From contig VJWM01000240.1 of assembly GCA_010909165.1 (NCBI GenBank), positions 62,001-126,000 on the forward strand: DNA of 64,000 bases, in the 5' to 3' direction. This stretch comes from Anthoceros angustus (lineage: Eukaryota > Plantae > Anthocerotophyta). The number at the start of each line of letters is the position of its first letter. Position 1 is the stretch's first letter. A model generated the notes under the pieces. The model was given only the letters and a program-made list of their open reading frames with translations, was not told the DNA's origin and did not search any database. Positions 34,022-46,769 of the stretch are shown here, in pieces. The position numbers and the translations under genes are program-made.

Positions 34022-35200
34022 ATGGCCATGGCAGACGGGGGGCCTCCTGGCACGGACATGACCAGCATCAGTTTTCGAGACCAGATGTGGTTGAAGAGTT
34101 TTCCTTTGGACCGGGGCCTCGTGTTCGATTACTTCGCACTCTCGCCCTTCTACGACCGGTCGTGCAACAACGAGCAGCTCCGGATGCGCGGCATCCACCC
34201 TCTTGATATGGCCAATCTCCAGTGAGTATGGTGTTGTAGGGTTGTCGAGCACGCTGGTCAGTAAGCTTGAAGTGCTCAGACAGAAGTTTGGGGTTGTTGG
34301 TTCTCCAGGAAGATGTTAGGGCTGGAGTATATTCTGCTTGAAGCTCAGGAGCCCAACCTGTTTGTGATTCGGAAGCAGAAGAGAGATGGGGTTGAGAAGA
34401 CGACGCCACTTGCTGCATACTACATCTTGGACGGGTCCATATACCAAGCCCCTCAGCTGCAGAACGTCTTGGGCTCCCGAGTGGTGAGTAGTAGTTTGTT
34501 TGCAGGTGATGAGCGCCGCAGGTTTGGGTGTTTAATTTTGGTTCTTTGCTGTTGAGGGGAGATCGATGGAACAATTTCTTTCTGTTATTACTTTGTTCGT
34601 CATCTGAAAGGGATGCCTTTGCAGGCCCGAGCGCTCTATCATATAAACAAGGCCTACAGGATAGCTGCTTCCAAGCTTGAGAAGGTTGGGTATGGTGAGT
34701 TACGTGCTACACCTGGTTTCTGGTGCTTTCCAGCTTGCAATTGGTTCGTGGCACACCTGCCCTGTCAGGATGGCGGGATCATGTCAGAGTCATTGGTGAC
34801 ACAGTTTTGTGGGTTACGGGTACTGCCCCGCAGATGTCAAAAGCACCGATGCAAAGCAGGATCTCAAAAGTGGAGAAGATGAGGCCAAGGTAGATGTGAA
34901 AGAGGTTCTCAGAATCGATCAGATCCTTACAACGGTCTTGCGTAAGGTTCGGTACCTACTTGATGTATACCATTTTCTGTTGCTTGTGTATGCTGGCGGG
35001 GAAAACGACTGAATGGAAATGACTTGTCTATTGGAATCCAGCTGCCACCTGCACCCCCACCACCACCCATCCCAGCAAACGTTGGAGCTCCAACCCTCGC
35101 AGTTGATGGTACAAATCCGCTGGAACAGGTCGACCCTGTAACTGGAAAGCGGTCTGCGATTCCTCTGGCAAGTGCTGCCAAGCGACTGAAGGACCAGTGA
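34022..35200 (+). CDS. MED6: Mediator of RNA polymerase II transcription subunit 6, 5 exons
   Basis: [70 protein letters not shown] and RIDQIL...[15 protein letters not shown] introns, stop at 35198-35200. Confidence 0.93.
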
Positions 35201-35269
35201 CAGTAAACTTCCAGTCATGTATGAATAGTACATAAACAAAAATTCTAAATGGTCTTCTAGGCTCACGAC

Positions 35270-36060
35270 ATTTTGCTTCATGTCCACCAGTGCAAAGTGC
35301 CCACCACGTCATGCAGCTGCTGCGCCTATCGCCCGAGTCCTTGCTGTGCATATCCGGCGACTGGGGCATTCCATGTCTCCACATTCCTCGTGGCCAATCT
35401 GTCAAAAATCTGGCATACATCTTCCAGGCGTTCAGCACTTTCTCCATATCATGTCGACACTCCAAGCCTGTGACCACCGACACGGTATCAGGCAGTCCTT
35501 GCTTGACAGCCAGTAAATGCAGCTGCCTGCCCTTCTGGAGGGTACATGCCCAGGCCTTGAGAAGGCAAGCCAAAGTGACAGGATAGACAAACAAGCCCCG
35601 CCTGCTCCACCTGTCCATATACAACGAGCATATCATGTACGAGCCCTTGCTGGGAACACCCAACAATCAGCACCGTCATGTCACCATATCCGTTGTGGCC
35701 AAGCTGTTAAATCCCTTTTGCAAGGATCTTTCAGTTCGCGACCTTCTGCATACAAGTCCGCCAAGTAGTTGCCAACAAACGAAGTCAGGAGGAATGCCAC
35801 TCTGCACCACATTACAGAGCGCTTTTCTGCCAGATTCCAAGTTGGGGGCAAACGCACAAGCTTGAAGGGCAGCAACAAAGACGTGTGCATCAGCCTTCAC
35901 TCCTGACCTACGCATCTCATGCTGGAGTTATATGGCCCCATTGGGTCTCCCATGAATGGGAAACCCAACGAGGCCATACAACTCTACCATGAGATTATGG
36001 CCAATGCCTATGCAGAGATGATGGAAAATCACATGAAGGAATGTGGTTTGCGCACCCTGG
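35270..36060 (-). pseudogene. Fragmented PLS-class PPR pseudogene, with a short piece on the opposite strand at ~35940-36060
   Basis: MRRSGVKADAHVFVAALQAC and VTLACLLKA..TLQKGRQLHLLAVKQG on the minus strand, with MNGKPNEAIQLYHEI on the plus strand. Multiple frameshifts. Confidence 0.65.
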
Positions 36061-37842
36061 TGAACACACCCGTGGCCTCCTGCAGACTACCTCGACATGC
36101 ATACATGCCCAAGATATGGTTCTCAAGTATGCATTCTAGTCGTGCCCAAGTTTGACAGTGAGATCATGAACTCGTCGCCCCACAAGACATATCCTTCTTA
36201 CCTGTACACAGTTTCAGCACAGTGCAAAACAGAGACTGAGAAGTAGCAGAGTCCGACAGCGCCAAAGATTCCAACGGCCTCAGAAAGCTTCGCCTGCTCT
36301 GGCATGCTCACAGTTACAGCCCTAACAGCGCCCATTTTCCAACCTCCACGCCTGGGAGGTTCAGGCAGGCTTATCCGGACAGCTGGACTCGAAAGGAGAG
36401 GCACCAATACCCATCTGAATATCCAAGGAAACGTCCTGCTCATCAACCCAAGCTGGCTTGAAGATGTTGTTGAACCACAGCACCTCGCCGGACCCCTTTC
36501 ACAATGCTGCACCTGGAGTCCATTCCGATCCTGCACGCCTGCCAGGTTCAGGCTTATCTGGTTTCACTCGTCAGATCCCTGAACATTTCCGTCACTCTGG
36601 TTGTAGTGGAGCAGCTCCTCCACAATTCAATCGTGCCCTAGCCTCTGCAAACAAGCGCTGCTGCGCTGCTGCGCTGCCAAAGCTTCTTCTTCTGTCATAC
36701 CACCTACACACCCATCCTTGGCCCATCTTGCCCTAGATTTTGGGGAATCCTGAAAGCAATTACTGTAGACATTACAGATTTTTCATTCCTTTCCCATCAA
36801 AAAAACTATCACTTTCCTCAAGCAACATGGCATAAACTGGGAAGAAACACGATGCGCACCAGGGCTTCAGTCCTGTGCTGGTGGTACGCCATCTGAACCT
36901 CCTGGATGTACTCCCCGAATCCTAGTTCCTACAAGCCCAACAGTCACGCCATGTTGTTGCCAATCGAGATAAGCACTTCAACCACAATTTGCCTGCAGAC
37001 GCTGCTGATCCTACCTCAAGGCCCTTCACCACATGCCCCGGAGCTATGGTCCTCTTCTCTTCTCGGTTGCCTATCTCATTAGACTCGGAAGACACCAAGT
37101 TGATGAACTCTGGGAAGGAAAGAGCAAAACCAGCGTGTGGCTTGACTTAGGGGACGCGGAACACAAGAGAGACAGCACTCACTGACAGCAAGAATGGAGC
37201 ACAGGGAAGGATTAATTTGACAGAAAGAAGGGCTTTGCCAACAAAACGTAGGGAATGACGATTCTGCCTGCGCAGCACTCCACTAGTAGTTCTTGCGCAT
37301 CCTTGGCAACGCGCATGTCGGGCGGCAACATCTCTTAGATAACTCTTGTCATTGCTGCTGGTAGACAAACACTACTGTGAGAGAGATTGTAAAACCCCAA
37401 CAGCGAATGCACATAATGAACTTACCCCTCGGAAGAGACACCTCCTCCTTGAGCTTTGCAGCGGCTGCCTCCATTGTCGCAATGCTTCTCTACCAACAGT
37501 CCTCACCAGCACGGCAGGGAGCAGCTCCAGTAGGTGCTTTGTTCTTCTACAATGTTTCCAACAGCCCTCAGAACTCGGCGATCTCGTGGTGGGCACCTGG
37601 TAATTCATCGTACACAAACACTATTACATCCTAGTATGTACCTAAATAGAATGGGGAGGCTTTTAGTCCTGGTGATTCCCTACACTAGTCCTTGAATTTC
37701 TTGACGTTTTTATCATCTTACCTTTTTATGTTTAATAAAGTATTATTTTTAATTTAGTCCTTGGTGATACGATGTACCTAAAACCATACTTCAAGCTAAA
37801 ACTCTTAGTGGATCTTTTGATGTATGCTTTGAAATATTAATA

Positions 37843-38185
37843 CCGTACCCCGAGGGGTGGTTCAACAGGATAATGCCAGAATAATTATTTTTTGAAAAAA
37901 TAAGGTTCAATATAAATATTTTTTTCAAATTCTCACCATTCATGAAAAATAATTTTAGCAAATTTTAATATTTATTAAAATACATAGGTATATATATAAC
38001 TAATAGATATGTATAGACCTCCCCTAAATAGGCCCAAATTTTTCACACAAACCCTAGTTTCCTTGTTTTCGGCATCTTAAACTCATAAATTTTTACATAT
38101 TCATCATTTTAAGTATAATAATTTCTGAATTTTCAACTTTTACCAATTTTAATTAATTAACGTCGAATCACCCCTCGGGGTACGG
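37843..38185 (+). mobile_element. Tc1/mariner-pogo-type MITE with perfect 17-bp TIRs, TA-flanked
   Basis: TA|CCGTACCCCGAGGGGTG ... CACCCCTCGGGGTACGG|TA. Confidence 0.9.
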
Positions 38186-40780
38186 TATGAAGTTTTTGAA
38201 TTCCCTGAAAAGCAAACCGTTCTCACTTAAACTTTTTCCCCAAAGTGGAAGTGCGGGGCTCTTTAGGTTGTTGCATTTTTCCAAAAATGTTGAACTCCTT
38301 TGACTTTTGTATCGGAACCATTAACGATAATGCATGTCTACCAGGTTCAGGCCTACCTGAGAGCTCAACTTGGAAGGAGGGCATTGCATATCCAAGGAAA
38401 CGAGTTGGTAATCAATCCAAGCTGATTGACACATGTTGTTCAACTACAGGATCTTGCCACACCCCTTACTTACACTGGAAGTTAGGCGAACATGAGCTCT
38501 TTTTAGCTTGCCTGTTGTTCCACCACATGGTAGGGTTTAGAAAACATTGTTACCACAATTCCTCCTCCTCCTAGCGATGACATGGCAACCTAAATTTTAA
38601 AATCTTAGGCACCACCGTTTGCTCTAGGCCACCTACATGACAAAGAGCCAAATACGATATATTGCAAGTGCACGGAATGCAATGCGTAAGGAGTGTGTAA
38701 TTGAAATGCACAAAGCAATGATTGTAAGTTTCTAATCATGTACAGAAAAGAACAATAACACGTTATACAAAGTCGACTAGGTTACTTGCACGTATTTTGT
38801 AAGATATCCGTCTTTTACATGATCGTGTTGCCTAAAGGGTTGCATAATTTCTGTCATTTCAATTATAATATAATTATTCATATATAGTAAAATTTTCTAT
38901 TATTTTAAAATAAAATATTTAAAACTCAATAATAGTCTATTGTGCAATGTTGTTCAATTTGATTCAAAAGAATGCAACAGCGGAAATGTGCCAAAAGCTG
39001 GTCACCAGAATTCTATTTAAAATGACTAGAACTAAAAAAAGACTACTAATACAAGGCTCTCCTATAACAAATGCACGATGAAAATGTTTGAACCTAAGAA
39101 CAATCTTTAGTATAATCAAATTGATTTACACTAAAAAGGGGAATACAACACTTAATTGGAAGAGGAGAGATCGGTGAGCCCACTATTATAGGACATCATA
39201 GGGATACCCTTGGGGTGAAAGTAAACATGATCAACTAAGCTCAAAACGTTACCTATAACGCCTATGATATCATCACTTGGAAAATTGAATGGACTACATA
39301 CCACCAAGATTGTTGAGGCCAATGATTTTTAAGGATGCATCCACCAAGGATGTCAACCTCATCTTTGGGAATGCCTCTACAAGTGCCATTTGGAGGGCAA
39401 TTGTGTAGGCTTTGTGTACTGGTACACATAATTCTATGTTTAATCCGCCTCCCTTAGGCCTCCTCCTCCCCAGCATTTCCACGCCACATGCACTAGGCGC
39501 AATCCATTATCCAAAAGCACTAAGGGTCAGGGGTGCGTCTTTGGTAGAGCATGATTTGGCACATTATGATACTTAGCTCAGGGTCTTACTAGAAAAGTAA
39601 ACATTTCAAGTCTGTTATTAGTTAAGGTTCAACAATATACGTACTTTCAAATTGGGAGATGCAGTTCATGGATAAATTAACCAAATTGATTGATAATGGT
39701 ACAATTACAAGAATATTGAAGAAAGAAGGAGTTTTTGAGAGAAGCCGCCCCCTTAATTCGCATTGTAAATTAGGGCCGCAGTAAGAAAAATTTCAAGCCA
39801 CATTTAAACAAAATAAAATAAAATGTCAACCTTTATTTTTTTCTCTTTTTCACTCATCCTGGGACGTTCTATCGGCTATGCAAGTGTAGTAGAAGATTTT
39901 CAGAGTATTAATAGGCAGGTGCAATTCATGAAGAGGAGCACGAATACACCAATCAAAGGACTTTAAAAATATTTTCCACGATAGTGATGGAAAGTGTTGC
40001 TCCACATATTCTTATAGCTGTTGCTTCTCCTTAACTATTTCAAGGGCATTGGAATGTGGTTGCGCACAAACTCTTCATTGGGGGTGATGGTTTTGTCTTT
40101 TCAGATCCAGACATGGATCTTTGTCCTCTCCCTTTAAATAACTCCACTATGCAACCCACCACCACCTAGTGCGTGGGGACCCAGGAGCCAGGAAACTATA
40201 GAACTTAGCAAGTAAAATCAAAGGAGATAAATGCTTGAATTCGACGTAGTCAATTGCTTTTAATATGCTTGAATTGTTTGAATCCAAACTGGGTGGGTGT
40301 GTTCATGGCGCGGCCTAACTATTGGAAGATCGGTTGACTATTAGTATAGTTGTGCGAATTTTCTATTTGATATCAACGAAAAAAAAAACCTTATGGAAAA
40401 TGAACTTTATGTCGATTGTCTAATTGGTAGTTGGTCAAATTAGAGTTAAGTGATCGGAATTTCTAATTTTGTTCTAAAATTCATTTGGTACTTTGGATTA
40501 CCTTAACTTGAAGTAGGGGAATTTCATTTGTATTCCCGGCCCCGCCGAAACCACAAGCAACAAATATATCATGCGCAAATGAGTCTAATGTGAAAACTTG
40601 ATCTTAATTTACAGAAAATACATCACTTTCTACTCGACGAGCCAAAAATGGTAAACAGCAGATCCAGCTCAACATCACTCCCATGACCTTAACATGCTCA
40701 ACCAAAAGTGCAAGATGTTAGACATGACCCCTGTTCGGCCAGTTGAGATGCTACTCTCCTCCCATTCCCGCTAGGAAGGT

Positions 40781-41025
40781 CGTGCTTTCTTTGGTTTTTC
40801 CTTGGTGATTTGTGTTTTGTGGCTTGGCTTTTGCATCTATGTTGGGCTATACAAAGAGTATAAAATTAGTCTTTTACTTATTAAAAATTAGTTATGTTTC
40901 CAATTCCCATATAAAATCCCGTGCTTTCTTTGGTTTCTGCTGATGGGTTATGTTTTGTGGCTTGGCTTTTGCTTTGGTGAACTGAAAAAATAATTTAAGG
41001 TTAGTTAAAAATTAATTATATTTTC
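40781..41025. repeat. ~140-bp diverged tandem duplication
   Basis: CGTGCTTTCTTTGGTTT...TGTTTTGTGGCTTGGCTTTTGC at ~40781 and ~40920. Confidence 0.75.
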
Positions 41026-41090
41026 TTTTGATGTATTTAATTTTTTGAATAATACATATTAATTCTTTCCGTATAAATTCATACTCTCAC

Positions 41091-44000
41091 GTGCATGCAA
41101 ATTTTGATGTGGCAGTCCGGCGATCGGAGCGAGACGCCGCCCAAGGTGCAGGAGGGCACTAGCAGCAATCGCACCCGGAGCCGGTGCTTTACCCTACTAG
41201 AAGGGGGAAGCGAGTCAGCTCCTGAACTACGTCCCCCCCATCGGACCCCAAACGCCGGAGGGCGGAGAAGGAGTTGGCCGCGAAATGGGCCAAGGAGGTT
41301 GAGGGTCCGGTACCGGATGGGCAGGACCTAGGACTCTTGATTGAGGCCGGAGTGCTCGATCTCGACCAGCTCTAGCGGACAATTTGGTAGTCCTTAGTCG
41401 GACGGGGGATGCCTGCACCCTCGACGAGATTTGAGGGAGCTTCGTCGACCATCGCGGTGGAGCTTCCTTAACGGCCTCCCGAGATGCCGCCCAAGCCCGG
41501 TTGGTAAGATTAGGGGATGAGACGGCCCGGCGAGCAGAAGAACATGCCCGACTGTTGAAGCACCACTGGAGACGGGAATACCGGGCCCTACGGGCCCACG
41601 TAGAAGAAGCCATCCAACAGGTGGACTCAGATTTCGCCTATTACCACGCGGAGCTCTTGAAGGCCGTGAGCGTGGTGCACCAGTCGGCTGAAATGATAGG
41701 GCTCCCAGAAGAGTCGGAGGGAGCCGGAAGAGAAGAAGGGTTGGAGGAGAATGCGACAACAGGGAGCCTAGGTGCCCTGTTTGGAGATGAGAGCAGCAGC
41801 GAGGCGGAACCCTCGGCGGAAGGAGTGAGGGTGGTGAACCCCTAGTGGACCAAAAGGTATGCTCTCGGACTCGGCATCCGGGTTGGGGGCATAGAAGGGA
41901 GTGGTCCGTAAGAGAGGGCGGACCGAGAATGGACCAATGGTGGGGGTGTTGAGGTCCGGCCTCGGAGTTGAGGATGAACTCGGAGGTCGGCCTCGGAGTT
42001 GAGGACAAACCCAGGTCCGGCCTCGGAGTTGAGGATGGACCTAGAGGTCCGCCTTGAGTTCGAGCCGAATCTAGAGGTCCGGCCTCCGAGTCACGAGGGG
42101 ATCCATTGGTGCCCCAAGAGCAGGCCCAATAGCCTGGCGAAAGGACTTGATCCCTTTCTAGAGACGGACCGGGGTGGGGACCCCAAGGTGGACTCGGTTC
42201 GCCTATTACCACGCTGAGCTCTTGAAGGCCGTGGCGTGGTGCAGTCGGTGAAATGATAGGGCTCCCGGAAGAGTCGGAGGGAGCCGGAAGAGAAGAAGGG
42301 TTGGAGGAGAATGCGACAGGAGCCTAGGTGCCTGTTTGGAGATGAGAGCAGCGGCGGAACCCTCGGCGGAAGGAGTGGCCGGTGGTGAACCCCTAGTGGA
42401 CCAAAAGGTATGCTCTCGGACTCGGCATCCGGGTTGGGGGCATAGAAGGGAGTGGTCCGTAAGAGAGGGCGGACCGAGAATGGACCAATGGTGGGGGTGT
42501 TGAGGTCCGGCCTCGGAGTTGAGGATGAACTCGGAGGTCGGCCTCGGAGTTGAGGACAAACCCAGGTCCGGCCTCGGAGTTGAGGATGGACCTAGAGGTC
42601 CGCCTTGAGTTCGAGCCGAATCTAGAGGTCCGGCCTCCGAGTCACGAGGGGATCCATTGGTGCCCCAAGAGCAGGCCCAATAGCCTGGCGAAAGGACTTG
42701 ATCCCTTTCTAGAGACGGACCGGGGTGGGGACCCCAAGGTGGACTCGGTTCGCCTATTACCACGCTGAGCTCTTGAAGGCCGTGGCGTGGTGCAGTCGGT
42801 GAAATGATAGGGCTCCCGGAAGAGTCGGAGGGAGCCGGAAGAGAAGAAGGGTTGGAGGAGAATGCGACAGGAGCCTAGGTGCCTGTTTGGAGATGAGAGC
42901 AGCGGCGGAACCCTCGGCGGAAGGGAGTGGCCGGGTGGTGAACCCCTAGTGGACCAAAAGGTATGCTCTCGGACTCGGCATCCGGGTTGGGGGCATAGAA
43001 GGGAGTGGTCCGTGATCGGGCGAGGCGGGGCGGAGAATGGACCAATGGTGGGGGTGTTGAGGTCGGCCTCCCGGAGTTGAGGATGAACTCAGAGGTCTCG
43101 CCTCCGGAGTTGAGGACAAACCCAGAGGTCCGGCCTCCGGAGTTGAGGATGGACCTAGAGGTCCGGCCTTCGGAGTTCAGGCCGAATCTAGAGGTCCGGC
43201 CTCCGGAGTCACGAGGGGATCCATTGGTGCCCCAAGAACAGGCCCAATAGCCTCAGGGCGAAAGGACTTCAGTCCCTTTCTAGGACAGACCAGGGGGTGG
43301 GGGACCCACCGGGGTGCAGGGGGGCAATGCTGAAACTCCGGTGCACTTGTCAGCAGAGCTAGAAGAAAACCTAGTGGTGATAACAATTGTCGGCACATCG
43401 GTTAGGAGGCCCAACCAGGTCGAGGGGCCAGGCCCTTGCAGGGAATATTAATGTAGGGATCAAGGATAATCAGTGCGCCTCGGGCGCCGGGTTGGGGATT
43501 AGGCTATCAAGCGCGGGGTTAGCCGAGTCAACAACCTACCATCGTGAGCGTGGCGGCCACGCATAAGGGATCCGTCGTCCCTCGCACGTATATAAGTAGC
43601 TGGCAATAGGGCCATTCTTTGGGGATGTAATAAAGGCACTACCTTAGAGGCAGTATAAGAGGGGGGTTGCCGCCCCCATGAGGTGATTTTCCTTTTGAGG
43701 TTGATACCGTGTTGTGTATTCTGACTCTTGTGAGCCAAATGCTAATGCGAGGCCCGAGTCACCGAGTGGGTGGACTACTCCGGAGAGGTCTATCCAGGTT
43801 CTGGTGACAAACCCCCTAACGCGTGGAGGTGATTGCAGGTGCTGAGGAACCACGACCCTTGCTCCTCAAGGGCGGGGTGTGGGTGACAAGTGGATCGGAG
43901 CGGACAAAAGAAGCTGGACAGCCAGCGAGGGTGTGTAGAACCCGGACCGGCTGGACCGCACGAACACGGATGTGAAGGTGCTGCAGCCCGGCCTTCATAG

Positions 44001-45776
44001 GAGTGCACGACCATAACACCTAATACGCGGTGCATGCAAATTTTGATGTGGCGGTCCGTGATCGGAGCGAGGCCCAACCAGGTCGAGGGGCACTAGCGAC
44101 AATCGCTTGAGATGGGTGCTTTACCCTACTAGAAGGGGCGAGTCGGCTCTGAACTACGTCCCCCATCGGACCCCAAGCGGGAGGCGGAGAAGGAGTTGGC
44201 CGAAATGGGCCAAGGAGGTTGAGGGTGCGATGGACCTAGGACTCTTGATTGAGGAGTGCTCGATCTCGACCAGCTCTAGCGGACAATTTGGTAGTCCTTA
44301 GTCGGACGGGGATGCACCCTCGGCGAGATTTGAGGGAGCTTCGACCATCGCGGTGGAGCTTCATCGGCCTCCCGAGATGCCCAAGCCGGTTGGTAAGATT
44401 AGGGGATGAGACGGCCCCGTGCGAGAACATGCCCATTGAAGCACCACCGGAGGCAGAGAATACGGGCCCTACGGGCCCACGAGAAGAAGCCATCCAAGGT
44501 GGACTCGGTTCGCCTATTACCACGCTGAGCTCTTGAAGGCCGTGAGCGTGGTGCACCAGTCGGCTGAAATGATAGGGCTCCCAGAAGAGTCGGAGGGAGC
44601 CGGAAGAGAAGAAGGGTTGGAGGAGAATGCGACAACAGGGAGCCTAGGTGCCCTGTTTGGAGATGAGAGCAGCAGCGAGGCGGAACCCTCGGCGGAAGGA
44701 CGGTAGCCGGGTGGTGAACCCCTAGTGGACCAAAAGGTATGCTCTCCGGACTCGGCATCCGGGTTGGGGGGCATAGAAGGGAGTGGTCCGGCAGAAGAGA
44801 GGGCGGGACTGGAGAATGGACCAATGGTGGGGGGTGTTGAGGTCCGGCCTCCGGAGTTGAGGATGAACTCAGAGGTCTGGCCTCCGGAGTTGAGGACAAA
44901 CCCAGAGGTCCGGCCTCCGGAGTTGAGGATGGACCTAGAGGTCCGGCCTTCGGAGTTCAGGCCGAATCTAGAGGTCCGGCCTCCGGAGTCACGAGGGGAT
45001 CCATTGGTGCCCCAAGAACAGGCCCAATAGCCTCGGGACTTGATCCCTTTCTAGACCGGGGTGGGGACCCCAAGGTGGGGGCAATGAAACTCCGGTGCAC
45101 TTGTCAGCAGAGCTAGAAGAAAACCTAGTGGTGATAACAATTGTCAGCGCACATCTGGTTAGGAGGCCCAACCAGGGTCGAGGGGGGGCCCAGGCCCTTG
45201 CAGGAATATTAATGTAGGGATCAAGGATAATCAGGCTGGGCGCCCCTCAGGCGCCAGGGTTGGGGATTAGGCTATCAAGCGCGGGGGTTAGCCGGAGTCA
45301 ACAACAGCCCTACCATCGTAGACGTAGGCAGCCACGCATAAGGGATCCGTCGTCCCTCGCACGTATATAAGTAGCTGGCAATAGGGCCATTCTTTGGGGA
45401 TGTAATAAAGGCACTACCTTAGAGGCAGTATAAGAGGGGGGTTGCCGCCCCCATGAGGTGATTTTCCTTTTGAGGTTGATACCGTGTTGTGTATTCTGAC
45501 TCTTGTGAGCCAAATGCTAATGCGAGGCCCGAGTCACCGAGTGGGTGGACTACTCGGAGGTCTATCCGGTTACGGTGACAAACCCCTAGCAGCGTGGAGG
45601 TGATTGCGGTCTTGAGGAACCCGACCCTTGCTCCTCAAGGGCGGGGTGTGGGTGACAAGTGGATCGGGCGGACAAAAAAAGAGGTGACCGGAGGGTGTGT
45701 AGAACCCGGTGGGGACCCGCCGACTGATGTGAAGGTGCTGCAGCCCGGCCTTCATAGGAGTGCACGACCATAACAC
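41091..45776 (+). mobile_element. Tandem LTR/TRIM-like retroelement array. Units 41091-44029 and 44030-45776; LTR-like segments 43348-43809 and 45102-45580
   Basis: Both units start GTGCATGCAAATTTTGATGTGGC. The LTR-like parts have TGTCAGCAG...CTGGTGACA-type inverted ends, TATATAAG, and a G-rich tract (GGGGGCAA) shortly upstream. Unit 1 holds a triplicated ~551-bp segment and 33-bp repeats. No gag or pol motif seen. Confidence 0.6.
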
Positions 45777-46320
45777 GACAGACCGCAGAGTGCAAGCGCA
45801 AGCGACGAGAGAGGAGTGGAAGGGAAGAGCCCCGCACGGGGGTGAATACGAGGACGTGTACGAGTCCTTAAATGTTCGGCCATATTGGGCATGTATGGTA
45901 GTGTTGGTTATGGAACATAAAGGAAGGTGAGCGGAGGGTGCAAAGTAGAAGATTTGGGCGGTGGTACGGTTGGACCCGAGGCCGTAGCCTCCGGCGTTGA
46001 TGTTACAAAGGGTAGGCTGCACCCCAGTTCGATCTGTCGGAAGGGTTGGACGGTACCTTAGGCATCGATACTGGCACCACGCCCGCGTAGCTCGGCGATC
46101 GCCGGGGGGTCGCGCCCGGGGGTCACGTTGTGCCCGTGGCTCACTTTCCACTCCCGCAAGTGGAGGCCTGCCGGTGGCGCAGAGCAACAATAGTGGCCGG
46201 ACTAGTGGGATTACAAGAAGGGTGAGGTCCGCCACCCACCCTCGCAACCAAGTGGGTCGGGCGATATGGATCGGGTAACGATAGCAGCCTAGATTAATTA
46301 GGGACCCAGGGTAGGGAAAC

Positions 46321-46723
46321 AGTAAGTAAACGAAGCGAACCATTCCCTTGGGATCGAACCCCATACTACACGACACGGGATTAGTGACAGTAAGTAAACG
46401 GAGCGAACCATTCCCTTGAGATCGAACCCCATACTACACGACACGGGATTAGTGACAGTAAGTAAATGGAGCGAACCATTCCCTTCGGATCGAACCCCAT
46501 ACTACACGACACGGGATTAGTGATGAAGTAAGCGAGCGAACCATTCCCTTGAGATCGAACCCCATACTACACGACACGGGATTAGTGACAGTAAGTAAAT
46601 GGAGCGAACCATTCCCTTCGGATCGAACCCCATACTACACGACACGGGATTAGTGACAGTAAGTAAACAGAGTGAACCATTCCCTTGGGATCGAACCCCA
46701 TACTACACGACATGGGATTAGTG
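46321..46723. repeat. 68-bp tandem array, 6 copies
   Basis: Unit AGTAAGTAAACGGAGCGAACCATTCCCTTG(G/A)GATCGAACCCCATACTACACGACACGGGATTAGTGAC at 46321, 46389, 46457, ~46526, 46590 and 46658. Confidence 0.95.
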
Positions 46724-46769
46724 TACGCCCGGCTGGTCCTCTAGTGAAAGTACGTCCACACCTCCTCCA

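Larger units (their letters stand above)
33645..38490. repeat. Three dispersed, diverged copies of a ~150-200 bp coding-like segment (~33645-33815, ~36345-36562, ~38330-38490)
   Basis: Shared AGGTTCAGGC...AGCT...ATATCCAAG.AAA......ATCA..CCA.GCTG...TGTT.AAC..CAG. The span given covers first to last copy only. Confidence 0.65.

Noticed and set aside
11490-35200. PMT, LCB1, ELP1, ESSS, F-box and MED6 as a functional gene cluster
   Set aside because: They act in unrelated pathways and compartments. This is an ordinary neighbourhood in a compact genome.
39290-39600. Possible hAT-like transposase remnant
   Set aside because: Too short and degenerate; no diagnostic motif could be confirmed.
41394-43250. 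Pro/Ser-rich ORFs and EVRPPELRM repeat ORFs as host genes
   Set aside because: They are translations of 33-bp and 551-bp repeats inside a mobile-element array, and the frames differ between copies.
46321-46723. 68-bp array as a CRISPR array, tRNA cluster or hammerhead retrozyme
   Set aside because: There are no unique spacers or cas genes and the context is eukaryotic. No cloverleaf or A-box is evident, and there is no CUGAnGA/GAAA core in the units.
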